DNA from: Wickerhamiella versatilis
Taxonomy: Eukaryota
Length of the DNA: 64,000 bases
NCBI GenBank assembly: GCA_030867685.1
Contig: JAQOWU010000007.1
Location: 2,294,001-2,358,000, forward strand
Direction of reading: 5' to 3'
The notes beneath the pieces are model-generated. The model made no database searches and was not told where the DNA came from. It worked only from the letters and a program-made list of their open reading frames with translations. The translations under genes and the position numbers were made by a program. The stretch's first letter is position 1. Every line of letters begins with the position of its first letter. Shown in pieces: positions 1 to 11,882 of the stretch.

Positions 1-168
1 GCGCTTAATATTATCAAAACTCATGCTTGTACACCGTAACACCATTCCTTATTGAAAGAAGGATGGTAGTGCATTATTATAGTTTCAATTATAAGGAAGA
101 CCGAATAGATCTTAACTAATCCGACACGGATTATTTCGTAGCTTTGTAATTACTTCTCTTTTGATCTA

Positions 169-654
169 TTGTGCACCATTATATCGGCTGCGGAGCGTTT
201 AGAGCAGTTGCTCCATTCCGTGTCTCGAGTAGAGTTTTTCAGTACTAGTCAAGATGGGTCCAGGACGGGATGGGATGGTAAAGGGACTGGGCGAGTGGTT
301 ATAGAAGTGGACCCAATATCCTCGGTAAAGCAGGTCCGACTTTATGAAACGGGCGAATTCAAAGGCGACGCGTTCGGTGTGGTGACCTACCGCAATACGT
401 ATAGATTTGATTGGCTATCAGACCGAATTCGCTTGTACCATGAGAGACTGGGTGCCGACAACGCTGTTTGGCTGGTTGATCTTGTGTTATCAAAGTTGGA
501 TCCAAGGGTGCTGGTCAGTGAGTCTCCTCATTTGTGTGGAGAAGATACTTATGATGCCTCTTTGAAACTTCTAAATGGCAGGTTTGTTCTAATCTGGGAC
601 ATCAGAGGACCCCGTAAGAATGAGCATATAGAGTACTATTACGCATCTATTTAG
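169..654 (+). CDS. DUF6314-family protein, bacterial-like; start codon uncertain (TTG, no in-frame ATG; possible ATG micro-exon at 63-65)
   Basis: 161-aa ORF with TGWDGKGTG, RIRLYHERLG, PHLCGEDTY and WDIRGPRKNEHIEYYY motifs as I recall them for DUF6314. No Met in the frame; upstream in-frame stop at 139-141. Confidence 0.65.
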   Translation: MCTIISAAERLEQLLHSVSRVEFFSTSQDGSRTGWDGKGTGRVVIEVDPISSVKQVRLYETGEFKGDAFGVVTYRNTYRFDWLSDRIRLYHERLGADNAVWLVDLVLSKLDPRVLVSESPHLCGEDTYDASLKLLNGRFVLIWDIRGPRKNEHIEYYYASI

Positions 655-932
655 TATAACCGATAGAAAGATAAAATTCCAGAAACAATGCACAATATTA
701 ACCGAATTGGTGCCAATGGCTACAGAAAAATACTCATTAATTGTACCTTCCAGATGGTAAAGTATTTAAATACCACCATAACATTTTAAGCATCCTAACA
801 TAGGCTAAGGATGTCCATTAAGAATATTTGAGGGCTCAGAAAGCAGCCGCTAGTCCACTCGCCCCAATAATTTATTTCTGCCACTCGGCAACTATTCTCT
901 TCTGAGATTTAAATATCGGACGTGATCATCAT

Positions 933-1571
933 TCAACCACGGCGGCGTCTCCTTCTTCCCCTATTTGGGAAATTTGCCTTTCGTGACCGACGAGAGTGCA
1001 TCACAGGATCATCTGATGAATTCTTGTAGCAATCAGTTGCTCTCTGGATTATTCCCCGTCGGCCTCGTATGTCAGGATTGAGATAGGCAAGACACCACCC
1101 AATTTGATTACTGGTTTGTTCAAACTTTCGTCGTCTCCCTGTGTACTCAGATAGTGGAACCATTGCATTGGGATATATACAGTTCTCCTTACGAAAATCT
1201 TCGTCAAGACTATCCAGATCTACTGTCTCGATATCGCATCGAAGGACGTGGTTTCGTAGCGAACCATACTGCGAATAAGTGAAGGAAAGAGTGGGCTTGG
1301 TCTCGGTAGCTTCGTAGTCTGAAAAGCATGAGTAACTGTCAGACAAAGTACTGGAAACTGAGCCCCGACTAGAGCTAAATGATCCGGGTCTCGGACTAGT
1401 GACATCATGATCTCCAGCTTCTTCTTCTTCACGAAAGAGAGAGGGTAGTAATATATCAGGCTGCGCAGTTAATAAATATATTGGTGAATTCCAATTTAAT
1501 GGGGCAGCTTTCATACCCGCTCCTCGGAGAGTTTGGGGCCGATCCGTCATGTTAAACGGCTGCTCCACCAT
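933..1571 (-). CDS. Conserved fungal protein (DUF8032 / S. pombe Adn1-like C-terminal domain)
   Basis: RCDIETVDLDSL..FRKENCIYPNA..GWCLAYLNPDIRGRRGIIQRATDCYKN..SRR motif block; Ser-rich N-terminus; basic NLS-like tail. Confidence 0.7.
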   Translation of the reverse strand: MVEQPFNMTDRPQTLRGAGMKAAPLNWNSPIYLLTAQPDILLPSLFREEEEAGDHDVTSPRPGSFSSSRGSVSSTLSDSYSCFSDYEATETKPTLSFTYSQYGSLRNHVLRCDIETVDLDSLDEDFRKENCIYPNAMVPLSEYTGRRRKFEQTSNQIGWCLAYLNPDIRGRRGIIQRATDCYKNSSDDPVMHSRRSRKANFPNRGRRRRRRG

Positions 1572-3333
1572 TTATCCTGATGGTCCTTCTCGTCAACAAC
1601 TTGATCTTAGAACGCTAGTGGCACCTAGAAGTACCGATGTGAAGAGGCAAATCGTAACAATGCTATATAAGAGTTACGTATTCCTATGCGGAAAACCCGT
1701 GGGAGAGACCCAAACCCATCCCCGCAAGTCCTATAATTTTATGGGCGAATTTCGATGCCCAAAAGCTATGAAAACTTTCTTGAGCATCGTGTATATACTA
1801 CAAATCAACCTGAAAAGAGTAGCGGGATTGTGGATCGTATGTTGTTCCCAGTTGCATCGGTTAAATGCAAGGGGTCCGGCTTTCGTGGGCAAGTCGTTTT
1901 CGAACTAATTTCCACATTAGCTGGATTTTTAACGATATTTAAAAGTACATGGAGTGGTATAATTGCTCCGGTTCTCAATGGTAGAATTTTACAAGTGTGT
2001 CTAGCTCCGAAAAATACCATATCTAGCTCGTAAAAAAGATTATTCATAATTGCTGAGCCACCACTACCGCATTCATAACTTATACGAGGAGTGGGTGCTA
2101 TCTTGAAGAAGACTCCGAAGCGATTTGCGTTATCCGTTAACGGTGTACGGTGGGCAGGCCTGCATTGGAAATCCGCTAATGTAAGGAGCAACCCATGCCC
2201 AACTCGGGAAGTTACTGCTCCTTGCAGTACAAGAGATGATGAGATGAAACCTCATCGTTAGAGAGATTGCACCCGTAGTAAGTGCTAGGGAATAGGATAT
2301 CAACAAGCGTTTAAATATTAATTGAATTGTTAGGTAGGTAGATATGTTCGAAGAAGAAGCTACCTCCTCTACAAGGGCAAGAAATCGGTTTTAAAAATTT
2401 GGATTCCAGGTAGCTCAAAAGTCCTTAACTTGGATCGCAAATACTCCTATGACTCCAGGGAACAAATAAAAGATGTCAGTTTGCAACAATGAAATGATCA
2501 CCGAGCAGTTGCGGAACCACTGCTACTTGTATGATCTTAAGAAAATAGCTAATGCTCTTGTAATTCCTGATGTTTCAAACTCTATTTTCTGAGTTCTCAT
2601 AAAAGCGGTCAAAAAAATGATATCAAGCATATTGTGCCTGCATAGTTCGTTACGCGTTTTTCTAAATTTTCCGACTATCTGCAGTTCGTACATCGGCGAT
2701 AGGGTTTTTCGATATAGTCTACTAGGATTTATTCATGTAATTATCTTATAGAAAAAGGAGCATCAGAGACTCTAGCAGTCTGCAAGGTTAACTTCACCTC
2801 TAACCGAGGGTAGGGCCAGACCTAGATATTTTAATATCGCATCTGGGAACTAAATATAGTGCTTCACTAACTTATTGCAAACCAGATAAATGCAGTAGGA
2901 TTCCCTTTAAATCTAGATGAAGTTAATCTCATTTGCATTGAAGGATACAGGAAGATGCTGGGGAGCCTTACGGCTTGGACTACGGATTACGTACTCCCAG
3001 AATGATACCCAACTTTAATTTTTAATATCATGTCAAAGTACCATATAAAGCTGGCAGCCCAGGCGACGGTTTAATACCACGTGGCCTTAGTACCATGTGA
3101 TTAATAGGGCCTGAGGAGCACAGAAGTCTGAAATAGCGTTCTTAAAAATTTTAACCTACTTATATAAAGTTAAGATGCTTATCGTTATTGCTGAACCTTG
3201 GCGCCTGTGTGTTTTGTCTATGACAGAAGTAACATAATCTGCCAATGTGTAGTTAAGGTACACTAAGCAAGGTCTAAGACAATGCGAATCAGATATTATA
3301 AAAAAAAAGCAACCTCTGTGTAATACGCTTGAC

Positions 3334-4119
3334 ATGCTACTATTAGGTAGCACTACAAAGTCTATACTTCTTCTAGAGGAGTGTTGCGTGCTGTTTCATG
3401 GGTTTTTGACATTAACTTCATTCGATGCGGTAGACTCCCATGCTCTGTGGAAATTAGCATTCCTGCTTTGCTCGTTGTCCCCATGCATTTTCCAATACTG
3501 GTGGCAACCTAAAAACTATTATGGTGCTCGAAGAATGAGCACAGCACTGGTTTTTAACAGCTGTCTGATGGCGTATGGTATGTGTATCCGGTTGTGTAAT
3601 AGTAAAACAGTGGAGTGGGGAACAGGCCAAGAATACTCTAAGGGTATTCAAGTTTATTCTTGCATTCTCAGTAATTTTGGTCTTGCTTGCTTTACTGGTT
3701 TAATGTGGATCCTCGTATCGTCGTCGCTGAAGAGATCAAAATCCTTCCGTCGCCCTTTAATCTATATATCAAGTGCATTCGTGGCGGACTTAGCCGTTTA
3801 CTACTTATATTTGAAAAATAAGGATTTTCTTGTTTCGCTGTATCGATATCAAGTGATTTTCCCTTATTTATTGACAGTGTGCATGCATACCTTGCCGATA
3901 CCGAACCCACCTTGGGCTTTCTGGATTTTCTTCCTCGCTGAGCGGATAATGGTGCCACTATTTTGGTCCTATAGTGCAGACCTGTCGGGCCTATTTGATT
4001 TTGCCGGTATGGCTGATGCTTTAGCACTTAAAACTATGCTCGTTTGTGCTATATTAACAAACGAAAACTCTGATATCTTTGCATCCAAGGGTGTTGACAA
4101 CAATGTTTACTGCGCGTAA
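3334..4119 (+). CDS. Hypothetical multi-pass membrane protein
   Basis: 261-aa ATG-started ORF with about 6-7 hydrophobic segments; no family recognised. Confidence 0.5.
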   Translation: MLLLGSTTKSILLLEECCVLFHGFLTLTSFDAVDSHALWKLAFLLCSLSPCIFQYWWQPKNYYGARRMSTALVFNSCLMAYGMCIRLCNSKTVEWGTGQEYSKGIQVYSCILSNFGLACFTGLMWILVSSSLKRSKSFRRPLIYISSAFVADLAVYYLYLKNKDFLVSLYRYQVIFPYLLTVCMHTLPIPNPPWAFWIFFLAERIMVPLFWSYSADLSGLFDFAGMADALALKTMLVCAILTNENSDIFASKGVDNNVYCA

Positions 4120-4340
4120 GATTTTTTAACTGAGAATATAGACAATATAGACAAGGATACTGTGTAGTAACGCGAACACGCCCACCTGTAAATACAGAAT
4201 GTGACTGACAAGTTCGGTCTTTCATGCATATTAACAAGGAGCCCTGGTAAAAATAGTAACTCAAAAAAGATTACTTAACTAAGACTCTTCAGATTATGGC
4301 GCAAAAAAATATCGGTTTCGCTAGATCTTTAAATAAAGAT

Positions 4341-4375
4341 TCAACATGGGTCCACATGGGTCCACATGGTTCACA
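4341..4375. repeat. 10-bp tandem repeat, about 3.5 copies (TCMACATGGK)
   Basis: tcaacatggg tccacatggg tccacatggt tcaca read directly. Confidence 0.8.
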
Positions 4376-5513
4376 AGATCGCAAGATCTGCAGGACATGA
4401 ATAATAGGAATAAGCGAGATGCCGTAGGTGTTGCTTTTTAAGGTTTGGGGAGAGTGCTTATCTGCGTTATATTTTCTTCCCGCTCCGGGTCGGGTTCTTG
4501 GAGCCCGCGCGGAGTTTGTCAGCTGTGGAATAGGTCACCTGGAGGGAGGCGGCATTTCGATCTTAATTTTCAATCGTGGAATTCACGTACTATTTTACTA
4601 TTTTACGATTTGTAGGAGAATGTACATTTTTTTCGAACATTTTTTCATCTTGTGAAGTCACTCCGTGCATTAGTAGTCGTTGAAAGCTTGGTTGACGTGC
4701 TTGGGTTCTAGTTTGCCGTATAAAAACACTGTCAACTCGCTCACACCCAGGTGGCCACAAGTATGGCATTGTAATGCAGTCCAGAGATCTAGTCTTGTGG
4801 TTTGTGTACAGCCATAGGAAATGATGTAATATTACTACTGTCGGGCAGCACCAGCACCAAGTTCTACTCCTGAAAGATTTCACCAATTTCTCTAGCCTAA
4901 CAGGCCCCATTTTCTGTCTATGATGAATAGTGCTTAAGACGGGCTAGACCTATCGAAGACTGTGGTCATATACCCACTATTCTCCCAATTATAGGCCCAA
5001 GAAGGCGATAAATGTACGTACTGTCGCCTCAGCGACATCGAGACGACGCCAAGGATATTTTTAAGCACGCAGCATGGTGCTTTTATTTCAGCTTTTTCAT
5101 CCAGATCATCTCATCACCCCCGAAGCTCAACGGCAAGCCTAACGACCTAACATCATAATAGAAACAGATGAGCCTTAAGTTAAGGATAATTGGGCCCATA
5201 TGAAATTGGTGAACATGAATAGCTTGTGACTGCCCCTGCCAGCGCTGCTAGGTTCTATCAGTTTTACCTGACCTTGGCAGAAATCGACACACCAAAAAGA
5301 CCAGTGCGGTTGGCAAACAAAATTCTGTCAAATCTGATTTGGAATAGACTTGATTTTTGGTGAATACATCGCGCATACTGATGTAAACTTCAAATTGAGG
5401 GTGGGGGAATTCTGTCGAAGTTGTAAAATATGGGGTGCATGTAATATTGAAAAATTGAAATTTGGTGTTACCATATAAAGATATTATAAACAATGCATCA
5501 AGAATGTTACACA

Positions 5514-7160
5514 CTACTCAAATATAATTTTATCAATAGTCTTGGGAAGATTCCTGAACTTAAAAGCGTCCATCGTGATTTTCTTCTTTTCCATTTCTTC
5601 GTCTGTATACAGGCGTCTCATACTGTCATCCAATTTGACATCCTCGGCCTTTACATAGAAAGGGCCCCGAAACCATAATTTCAGGCATACATAGACTATG
5701 ACAATAAGAACCATCGAGAGAAAGTTCGCAAAAAAGGTCTTAGCACTGGACTTATCATGTAGAGGGAAAATTGCGAGATAAAATGCATCGATAATAATAA
5801 TAATCATCCAGATAAGTCCATAGTATGAGCCATAGGCTGCGATCCATGACTTCCATGGGAGATCATTGACATTGCGCCCCTGCTTTTTCCACGCATAGCG
5901 CATTCGAATACTGCAGATAAAAATTGTGGCCCATAAGAAGTTATATCCCAAAGTGCTGAGATCAATAAACCATGTAAAAACACTCGAGGCTTGATCTGAG
6001 ACGTTTAGATAGCTCAGGCCGCCACCAACTACTGCAGTCACAATTAAACCGCCCCACGGACGACCCCATCGATCTGTTTTAGCAAATATTTTAGGCATAT
6101 AGCCAAGGGTTGCAAGCCCGTGAAGCTGGCGAGAGCCTCCAAAAAGATAAGCGCATCCTGCAGAAATCACACTAACCAGAATAATTCCGTTCATGACATG
6201 AGCCAGCACCGGAAGATTGCCATTTCTAAATGCGATTGTGAATGGTGAGGCACCTGTTCCAGAGGCACTGAGGGTAGGATCCCTGGGATCATTGGTGATC
6301 GTAACCATCATTACCCCGATAACATAAAATAACGTCATACGGAGCCAGATTGAGTTTACAGCCTTTGGAACGCTTTTAAATGGGTTTTTAGCCTCTGGGG
6401 CAACAACAGCAGTGAACTCTATACCGCCAACAGACCATCCAGCAATAGCAAGCGCCTTGAGGAAACCCTTGAAACCCATTGTAAACGGCAGTGTTGTCCA
6501 GAAATGAAAACCTTCGTTTATGCGACAGGATACAATTATGCAGGCAATGATCACCACGAAAATCCAAATAAACTTCAACGTGGCCTCCCAAGTCTCGATT
6601 TCACCAAAAACTGTTACGCCAAAAAGGTTCGTAATTACCATGATAGCTAGGAAAATTGTTAGCCATCCAGCTACTGGAATAGCATCAGCATGGCCACCCC
6701 CCATGTGATCTTCACCTGTCCAGTAGTGGACTACTGTATTCGCGGCTGTGATTTCATTTGCGAAATTCAGAACAAAAACTAGCCAGTAATCGAATCCGAC
6801 GGTAATTGCCCATGATCTATCAATGAACTTGTGAGCCCATTGAGCGAAGGGAGCGGGGACTGGATAGAGCACTGAAAGTTCACCAACAGCGTTACTGACA
6901 CATATTGCAACGGTCACAAGCAGCACCCATGCCAGCCAACATCCGACCGGGCCACCGACTACAAGCTGCTGAGCTGTTCCCAACCATAAACTCATTCCAA
7001 TGCTGTTGCCCAATGTGATCATCACAATATGTCTCGTTGACAGCTTATGGGCCAAATGGTCCGTGCTAGCCTGGCTTTCAGTCTCACTAGAGGTCACCCT
7101 TTTCACCACAGTCCCAGTTTTGACACTGAGCTGGTCATCAGGGAAGTCTAATTTCGACAT
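5514..7160 (-). CDS. Amino acid permease (yeast amino acid transporter / APC superfamily), tandem copy 1
   Basis: LSTRHIVMITLGNSIGMSLWLG, FGEIE, GIEFTAV..EAKNPFKSVPKA, ASPF motifs; about 12 TM segments. Confidence 0.95.
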   Translation of the reverse strand: MSKLDFPDDQLSVKTGTVVKRVTSSETESQASTDHLAHKLSTRHIVMITLGNSIGMSLWLGTAQQLVVGGPVGCWLAWVLLVTVAICVSNAVGELSVLYPVPAPFAQWAHKFIDRSWAITVGFDYWLVFVLNFANEITAANTVVHYWTGEDHMGGGHADAIPVAGWLTIFLAIMVITNLFGVTVFGEIETWEATLKFIWIFVVIIACIIVSCRINEGFHFWTTLPFTMGFKGFLKALAIAGWSVGGIEFTAVVAPEAKNPFKSVPKAVNSIWLRMTLFYVIGVMMVTITNDPRDPTLSASGTGASPFTIAFRNGNLPVLAHVMNGIILVSVISAGCAYLFGGSRQLHGLATLGYMPKIFAKTDRWGRPWGGLIVTAVVGGGLSYLNVSDQASSVFTWFIDLSTLGYNFLWATIFICSIRMRYAWKKQGRNVNDLPWKSWIAAYGSYYGLIWMIIIIIDAFYLAIFPLHDKSSAKTFFANFLSMVLIVIVYVCLKLWFRGPFYVKAEDVKLDDSMRRLYTDEEMEKKKITMDAFKFRNLPKTIDKIIFE

Positions 7161-7759
7161 TGTAGGGGGTGTGTGGATGGCCGATTCGTTGCCGCATATA
7201 TATGCAGGATATATCGTGGGTTAGTAATCGTTTTTGATAAGATTAACTACCCCACGTTATATGTCGCCTACTTGACCAATTAAGAAGCCCTTCTCCCAAT
7301 ATAATAGATTGCGAACAATTTTGCCGGTTTAGAATAAGATCAATTCTGCTGGGAACCACAGCCGATTCTATCAGTATAACCCATTTCACATAGGTCTTAC
7401 TATTATGGAATATATTACACTACTTATTACACATAGGTGACATGATCTTCAGGGTAATGTAAGAAGCAGGCAACCAAAGCCAAAACCTTTTTACGTGGGC
7501 ACAGGGTCTAAGACCTCTGATATACATGTGCTATGTTGTTAATCAGCAAACTCGAATGGCCAGTGCCCATTCACGAAGTTTCATCCTTTATGCGCTATTT
7601 CATTCGAAGAAGTCACCAGGGTTAGTGGCTTGCGACTGCTCAGTGCTGAATGCTGGTATTCAAGCACTTTACCATTTAAAATGACATTTAGCATACCGCT
7701 TAAACCCTATGTTACAGCACAGGTCATTTGTAGATTTCGTGTTTCAGATGTAGGACTAG

Positions 7760-7784
7760 TGGGCTATCTTGCATTGTCCAACCA
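7760..7784 (+). repeat. Dispersed 25-bp element, copy 1
   Basis: TGGGCTATCTTGCATTGTCCAACCA; 7759-7787 is identical over 29 bp to 62993-63021. Confidence 0.9.
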
Positions 7785-7952
7785 GTCCCAGACCTGGCGT
7801 TGTCGAACCAGTCTTAGTTAGCCCAGGGAGCACCAGGATAGACTTTGCGCTGATGATGGCAATGTACAAATCGCTTTCGCCGCCAGACACAAATCAACTG
7901 AAAAGAATTTATACATTTATTAGATTATGCGCCCTAAGCATGCTAAAATACA

Positions 7953-9599
7953 TTATTCGAATATAAGCTTATCTACCGTTCTGGGAAGGTTCTTCAACTT
8001 CCACGAGTCCTTTGAAAGCTCCTCTTTTTCCATTTCATCTTCTGTATACAGGCGTCTCATACTGTCATCCAATTTGACATCCTCGGCTTTCACATAGAAT
8101 GGGCCGCGGTACCACAGTTTCAACCCTACATAGAGTACAACAATAAGAACCATCGACAGAAAATTCGCAAAAAAGTTTTTAGCACTGGACTTTTCATGTA
8201 GAGGGAAAATTGCAAGATAAAAGACATCAACGATAATTATAATCATCAGTAAAAGACCATAGTATGAGCCATAGGCTGCGATCCAAGACTTCCATGGGAG
8301 ATCATTGACATTGCGCCCCTGCTTTTTCCATGCATAGCGCATTCGGATGCTGCAGATAAAAATCGTTGCCCACAAAAAGTTATATCCCAGAGTCATTAAA
8401 TCAACAAACCAGCCAAAGACCTGTGAAGCCTGATCTGAAACGTTTAAATAGCTCAGGCCACCACCAACTACTGCAGTCACAATTAAACCGCCCCATGGTC
8501 TGCCCCATCGATCTGTCCTAGCGAAAATTTTAGGCATATAGCCAAGGGTTGCAAGCCCGTGGAGCTGGCGGGAGCCTCCAAAAAGATAAGCGCATCCTGC
8601 AGAAATCACACTAACCAGAATAATTCCGTTCATGACATGAGCCAGCCCCGGGAGCTCGCCCTTTTTAAATGCGATTGTGAATGGTGAGGCGCCTGTTCCA
8701 GAGGCATTGAGACGAGGATCTCCGGGATCATTCGTGATCGTAACCATCATGACACCGATAACGTAAAATAAAGTCATACGGAGCCAGATTGAATTTACAG
8801 CCTTTGGAACACTTTTAAATGGGTTTTTAGCCTCTGGGGCAATAACAGCAGTGAACTCTATACCTCCAACAGACCATCCAGCGATTGCAAATGACTTGAG
8901 GAAACCCTTGAAACCCATTGTAAACGGCTGTGTTCTCCAGAAATGGAAACCTTCATCAAGTCGACAGGACACAATTATGCAGGCAATGATCACCACAAAA
9001 ATCCAAATAAACTTCAACGTGGCCTCCCAAGTCTCGATTTCACCAAAGACTGTCACTCCAAAAAGGTTGGTAATTACCATGATAGCCAGGAAAATTGTTA
9101 GCCATCCAGCTACTGGAACAGCATCAGCATGTCCACCACCCATATTATCTGTATTAGTCCAATAATGGACCACCGTGTTTGCGGCAGTAATTTCATTTGC
9201 AAAATTCAGAACAAAAACTAACCAGTAATCGAATCCAACAGTAATTGCCCATGCTTTGTCAATGAACTTATGGGCCCATTGGACAAAGGGAGCAGGGACT
9301 GGATAGAGTACTGCAAGCTCGCCAACAGCATTACTGACACAGATCGCGCCCGTCACCAATATCACCCATGACAACCAGCATCCGACCGGGCCACCAACTT
9401 TGAGCTGCTGAGCTGTTCCCAACCACAAACTCATTCCAATACTATTGCCCAATGTGATCATCACAATGTGCCTTGTTGACAGCTTATGGGCTAGATGGTT
9501 CCTGCTAGCTTGGCTTTCTGTATCACTAGAGGCTATACTCTTCGTCACATGAAGGCTTTTTTCACTAGTTAGATCACCCGAGCCATAAGACGCCGACAT
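7953..9599 (-). CDS. Amino acid permease (YAT/APC), tandem copy 2
   Basis: 548 aa, same length as and highly similar to 5514-7160 (constant offset 2439 bp). Confidence 0.95.
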   Translation of the reverse strand: MSASYGSGDLTSEKSLHVTKSIASSDTESQASRNHLAHKLSTRHIVMITLGNSIGMSLWLGTAQQLKVGGPVGCWLSWVILVTGAICVSNAVGELAVLYPVPAPFVQWAHKFIDKAWAITVGFDYWLVFVLNFANEITAANTVVHYWTNTDNMGGGHADAVPVAGWLTIFLAIMVITNLFGVTVFGEIETWEATLKFIWIFVVIIACIIVSCRLDEGFHFWRTQPFTMGFKGFLKSFAIAGWSVGGIEFTAVIAPEAKNPFKSVPKAVNSIWLRMTLFYVIGVMMVTITNDPGDPRLNASGTGASPFTIAFKKGELPGLAHVMNGIILVSVISAGCAYLFGGSRQLHGLATLGYMPKIFARTDRWGRPWGGLIVTAVVGGGLSYLNVSDQASQVFGWFVDLMTLGYNFLWATIFICSIRMRYAWKKQGRNVNDLPWKSWIAAYGSYYGLLLMIIIIVDVFYLAIFPLHEKSSAKNFFANFLSMVLIVVLYVGLKLWYRGPFYVKAEDVKLDDSMRRLYTEDEMEKEELSKDSWKLKNLPRTVDKLIFE

Positions 9600-10101
9600 T
9601 CTGCAGGCGGATAAAAATCATATAGCTACATTAGCAGATATATATGCGGAGTATGATTCCTATTACTAACAAAAATTTCACCAGGTACTTCATCGTGTCA
9701 TTAACCCTGAAGCTTGTTACATTTCGGGGTCTATACCGAATAACAACATGAATAAAATTTTTAGCTGGGAGCTGAACCCTTTTAATTGAGACCTAGGCTC
9801 ATGTTGAATGTTTTACTATAGATTTTTTCCATCACATAAGACGTGACATTTGTTCTTATGAAATGCATGACATTATCGGTAAGGAACTAGCGCAGGGCGG
9901 GTGGGCCTCACTTAGTGACCTTTTTTTTAGTGGGCACGAGGGAAAATCCTGGAAAAATTCTTTAATTATGTATGAATAGTGTCAGGGAAGAGGCAGGAAA
10001 TTGAATGCCCGTTTTAAGCCGAACTGATTACATACCTGCTTGGAAAACTCCTCCTCTCCATTATACGACGTCTGAAAAGAAATAACTTAGTCATAAATTA
10101 G

Positions 10102-11721
10102 TTAACGTATTATGGAATGGCGGTCGGACCATGCACGCATTGCCGGCCCATACCGATATACCAGCATGGGATAGGGGACCCCTATTACAATCATAAGTAG
10201 GCCAATAACAGTATTTGCCCATCCATAGTCGAGCCTTGCGTACATTTGGCGACCAAATAGAGGACATCCAAACCCGACCATACCACGGAAGGAAAGCGCT
10301 GCTGCCATGATAGAACCGGAGAGCTGGGTATTTATCTGGACGCAATATGACTGGACAGCTTGGAAAACCACGAACATCCCGAAACCGAACAATCCGACTC
10401 CGATTTCGGGCATCATCCAGTGGACATGACCCTTGGCACTCCACCCGTACCAAAACATGCCAATCGACATAATGATAGCAGAGATAGGTAGGTAAAAAAG
10501 TTTGTCTTCCTGTTTACCTCTACCTTGCAATTGGCGTTGTTTCTGATGGTGGGACATAAGTGTGGTGAAAAAGATGGTACCTACAACCATACCTATTAAA
10601 AAAGCCACATACATTGTTCCAGCTATTCCACTCGAAAATCCGTATCTCTCCTCCCACAAATCAGTAAATGTGGTCAGCATTAAATACATCATACCGTATG
10701 AGAAGGCTAGGAAAAGACTTAACCCGAAAACGAGGGGATTGGTTGTCAGAAACAAGATAGGCCGCAGAAGGGCCAAGCCCAACTCTTTTATGAATGGGCG
10801 CTTGTTGATATCCCAGAGGGTATGTAGTTCCTTGTTTCCTGTGGTCTTTATTAATTTTCTGCACTTATTTTTCAGAATGAAGGGTGCATAGGTTTCTTCA
10901 TAGCCAAACAAACACAGAGCAATGAGTCCAAATTGCATACAGGTGGCAATCCAAAAAGTCCATCGCCAGTCTATAAATTCATTGACCCATCCACCAATGA
11001 TGGGACCGACGACTGGTCCTATCGATGGTGCAAGCGACCAAGATGCTAGTGGCCAGTTTCGCTCATCGTCATTAAAAAGATCCGTACAAGTCCCTCCACC
11101 AACGCACATTGGAGCAACAGAGAAGAGCCCGTTCAATGATCTGAATACAAGCATGGTGGCTGTTGTTGGGGCGAAACCGCTGGCGAGACACCAAATACCG
11201 CTCCAGGCCCCAGCACCCAGCATTGTTGCCCGGCGGCCCACAATCTCTGAAATTGGGCCGACCACAAGAGCCGATAGCGACCAGAACAGCAGCATTATGG
11301 AGACTATCAGCGCACCCACTTCGGTATTGGAATTGTTGTAAGTTTTCAAAATCCGTGCGGTGGCTGGCTCTGGCACAGTGGAGATGATGTTTGGCATCAC
11401 GCTTAGCATTGCGCAAAAGCCAACTGTCCTCCATTTCCGCGCCAACGACCAATTTCTGGGGTTCTTGGGATCGTCGTCAGAATCCCATGTGATCAGAGAT
11501 GGGTCCGTTTCAGAGAACCGACGCCCTGAATCGCTCGCTTCCGGGTGGTCATCAACAATACTCATTATATCTTCAGATATCTCGCGATGCACTGGTACGC
11601 CCGAATGCCGTGACTGGGTCAAGGCGACTGGTTCTGATTCCGTGGACTCGCTGTCCTTCTGTTCATTGACCACGCCCTTTTCATTGTACGAATCCTTCGT
11701 CTCATTCTCGGCCATATCCAT
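10102..11721 (-). CDS. MFS drug:H+ antiporter, DHA1 family
   Basis: WDSDDDPKNPRNWSLARKW, GPISEIVGRR, GPVVGPIIGGW, WRWTFW, EETYAP motifs. The track start at 11742 is GTG; first ATG is at 11721. Confidence 0.92.
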   Translation of the reverse strand: MDMAENETKDSYNEKGVVNEQKDSESTESEPVALTQSRHSGVPVHREISEDIMSIVDDHPEASDSGRRFSETDPSLITWDSDDDPKNPRNWSLARKWRTVGFCAMLSVMPNIISTVPEPATARILKTYNNSNTEVGALIVSIMLLFWSLSALVVGPISEIVGRRATMLGAGAWSGIWCLASGFAPTTATMLVFRSLNGLFSVAPMCVGGGTCTDLFNDDERNWPLASWSLAPSIGPVVGPIIGGWVNEFIDWRWTFWIATCMQFGLIALCLFGYEETYAPFILKNKCRKLIKTTGNKELHTLWDINKRPFIKELGLALLRPILFLTTNPLVFGLSLFLAFSYGMMYLMLTTFTDLWEERYGFSSGIAGTMYVAFLIGMVVGTIFFTTLMSHHQKQRQLQGRGKQEDKLFYLPISAIIMSIGMFWYGWSAKGHVHWMMPEIGVGLFGFGMFVVFQAVQSYCVQINTQLSGSIMAAALSFRGMVGFGCPLFGRQMYARLDYGWANTVIGLLMIVIGVPYPMLVYRYGPAMRAWSDRHSIIR

Positions 11722-11882
11722 ATGCTTCTGTGGACTCTGCACAGGTCGTGGTGGTCTGAATCGTCGATATTTAACGGTGATAAAATTTAGGATGCGGACG
11801 AGAAGATCCCAAAACCGTAAAACCGACCCTTACCCACATGTTCTAGGCGGAAGACATCTAGAAGATCAAAATTGCTATTTGT

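Noticed and set aside
1549-2191. Overlapping short ORFs on both strands
   Set aside because: No recognisable motifs and they overlap one another; probably non-coding, though a degraded gene cannot be excluded.
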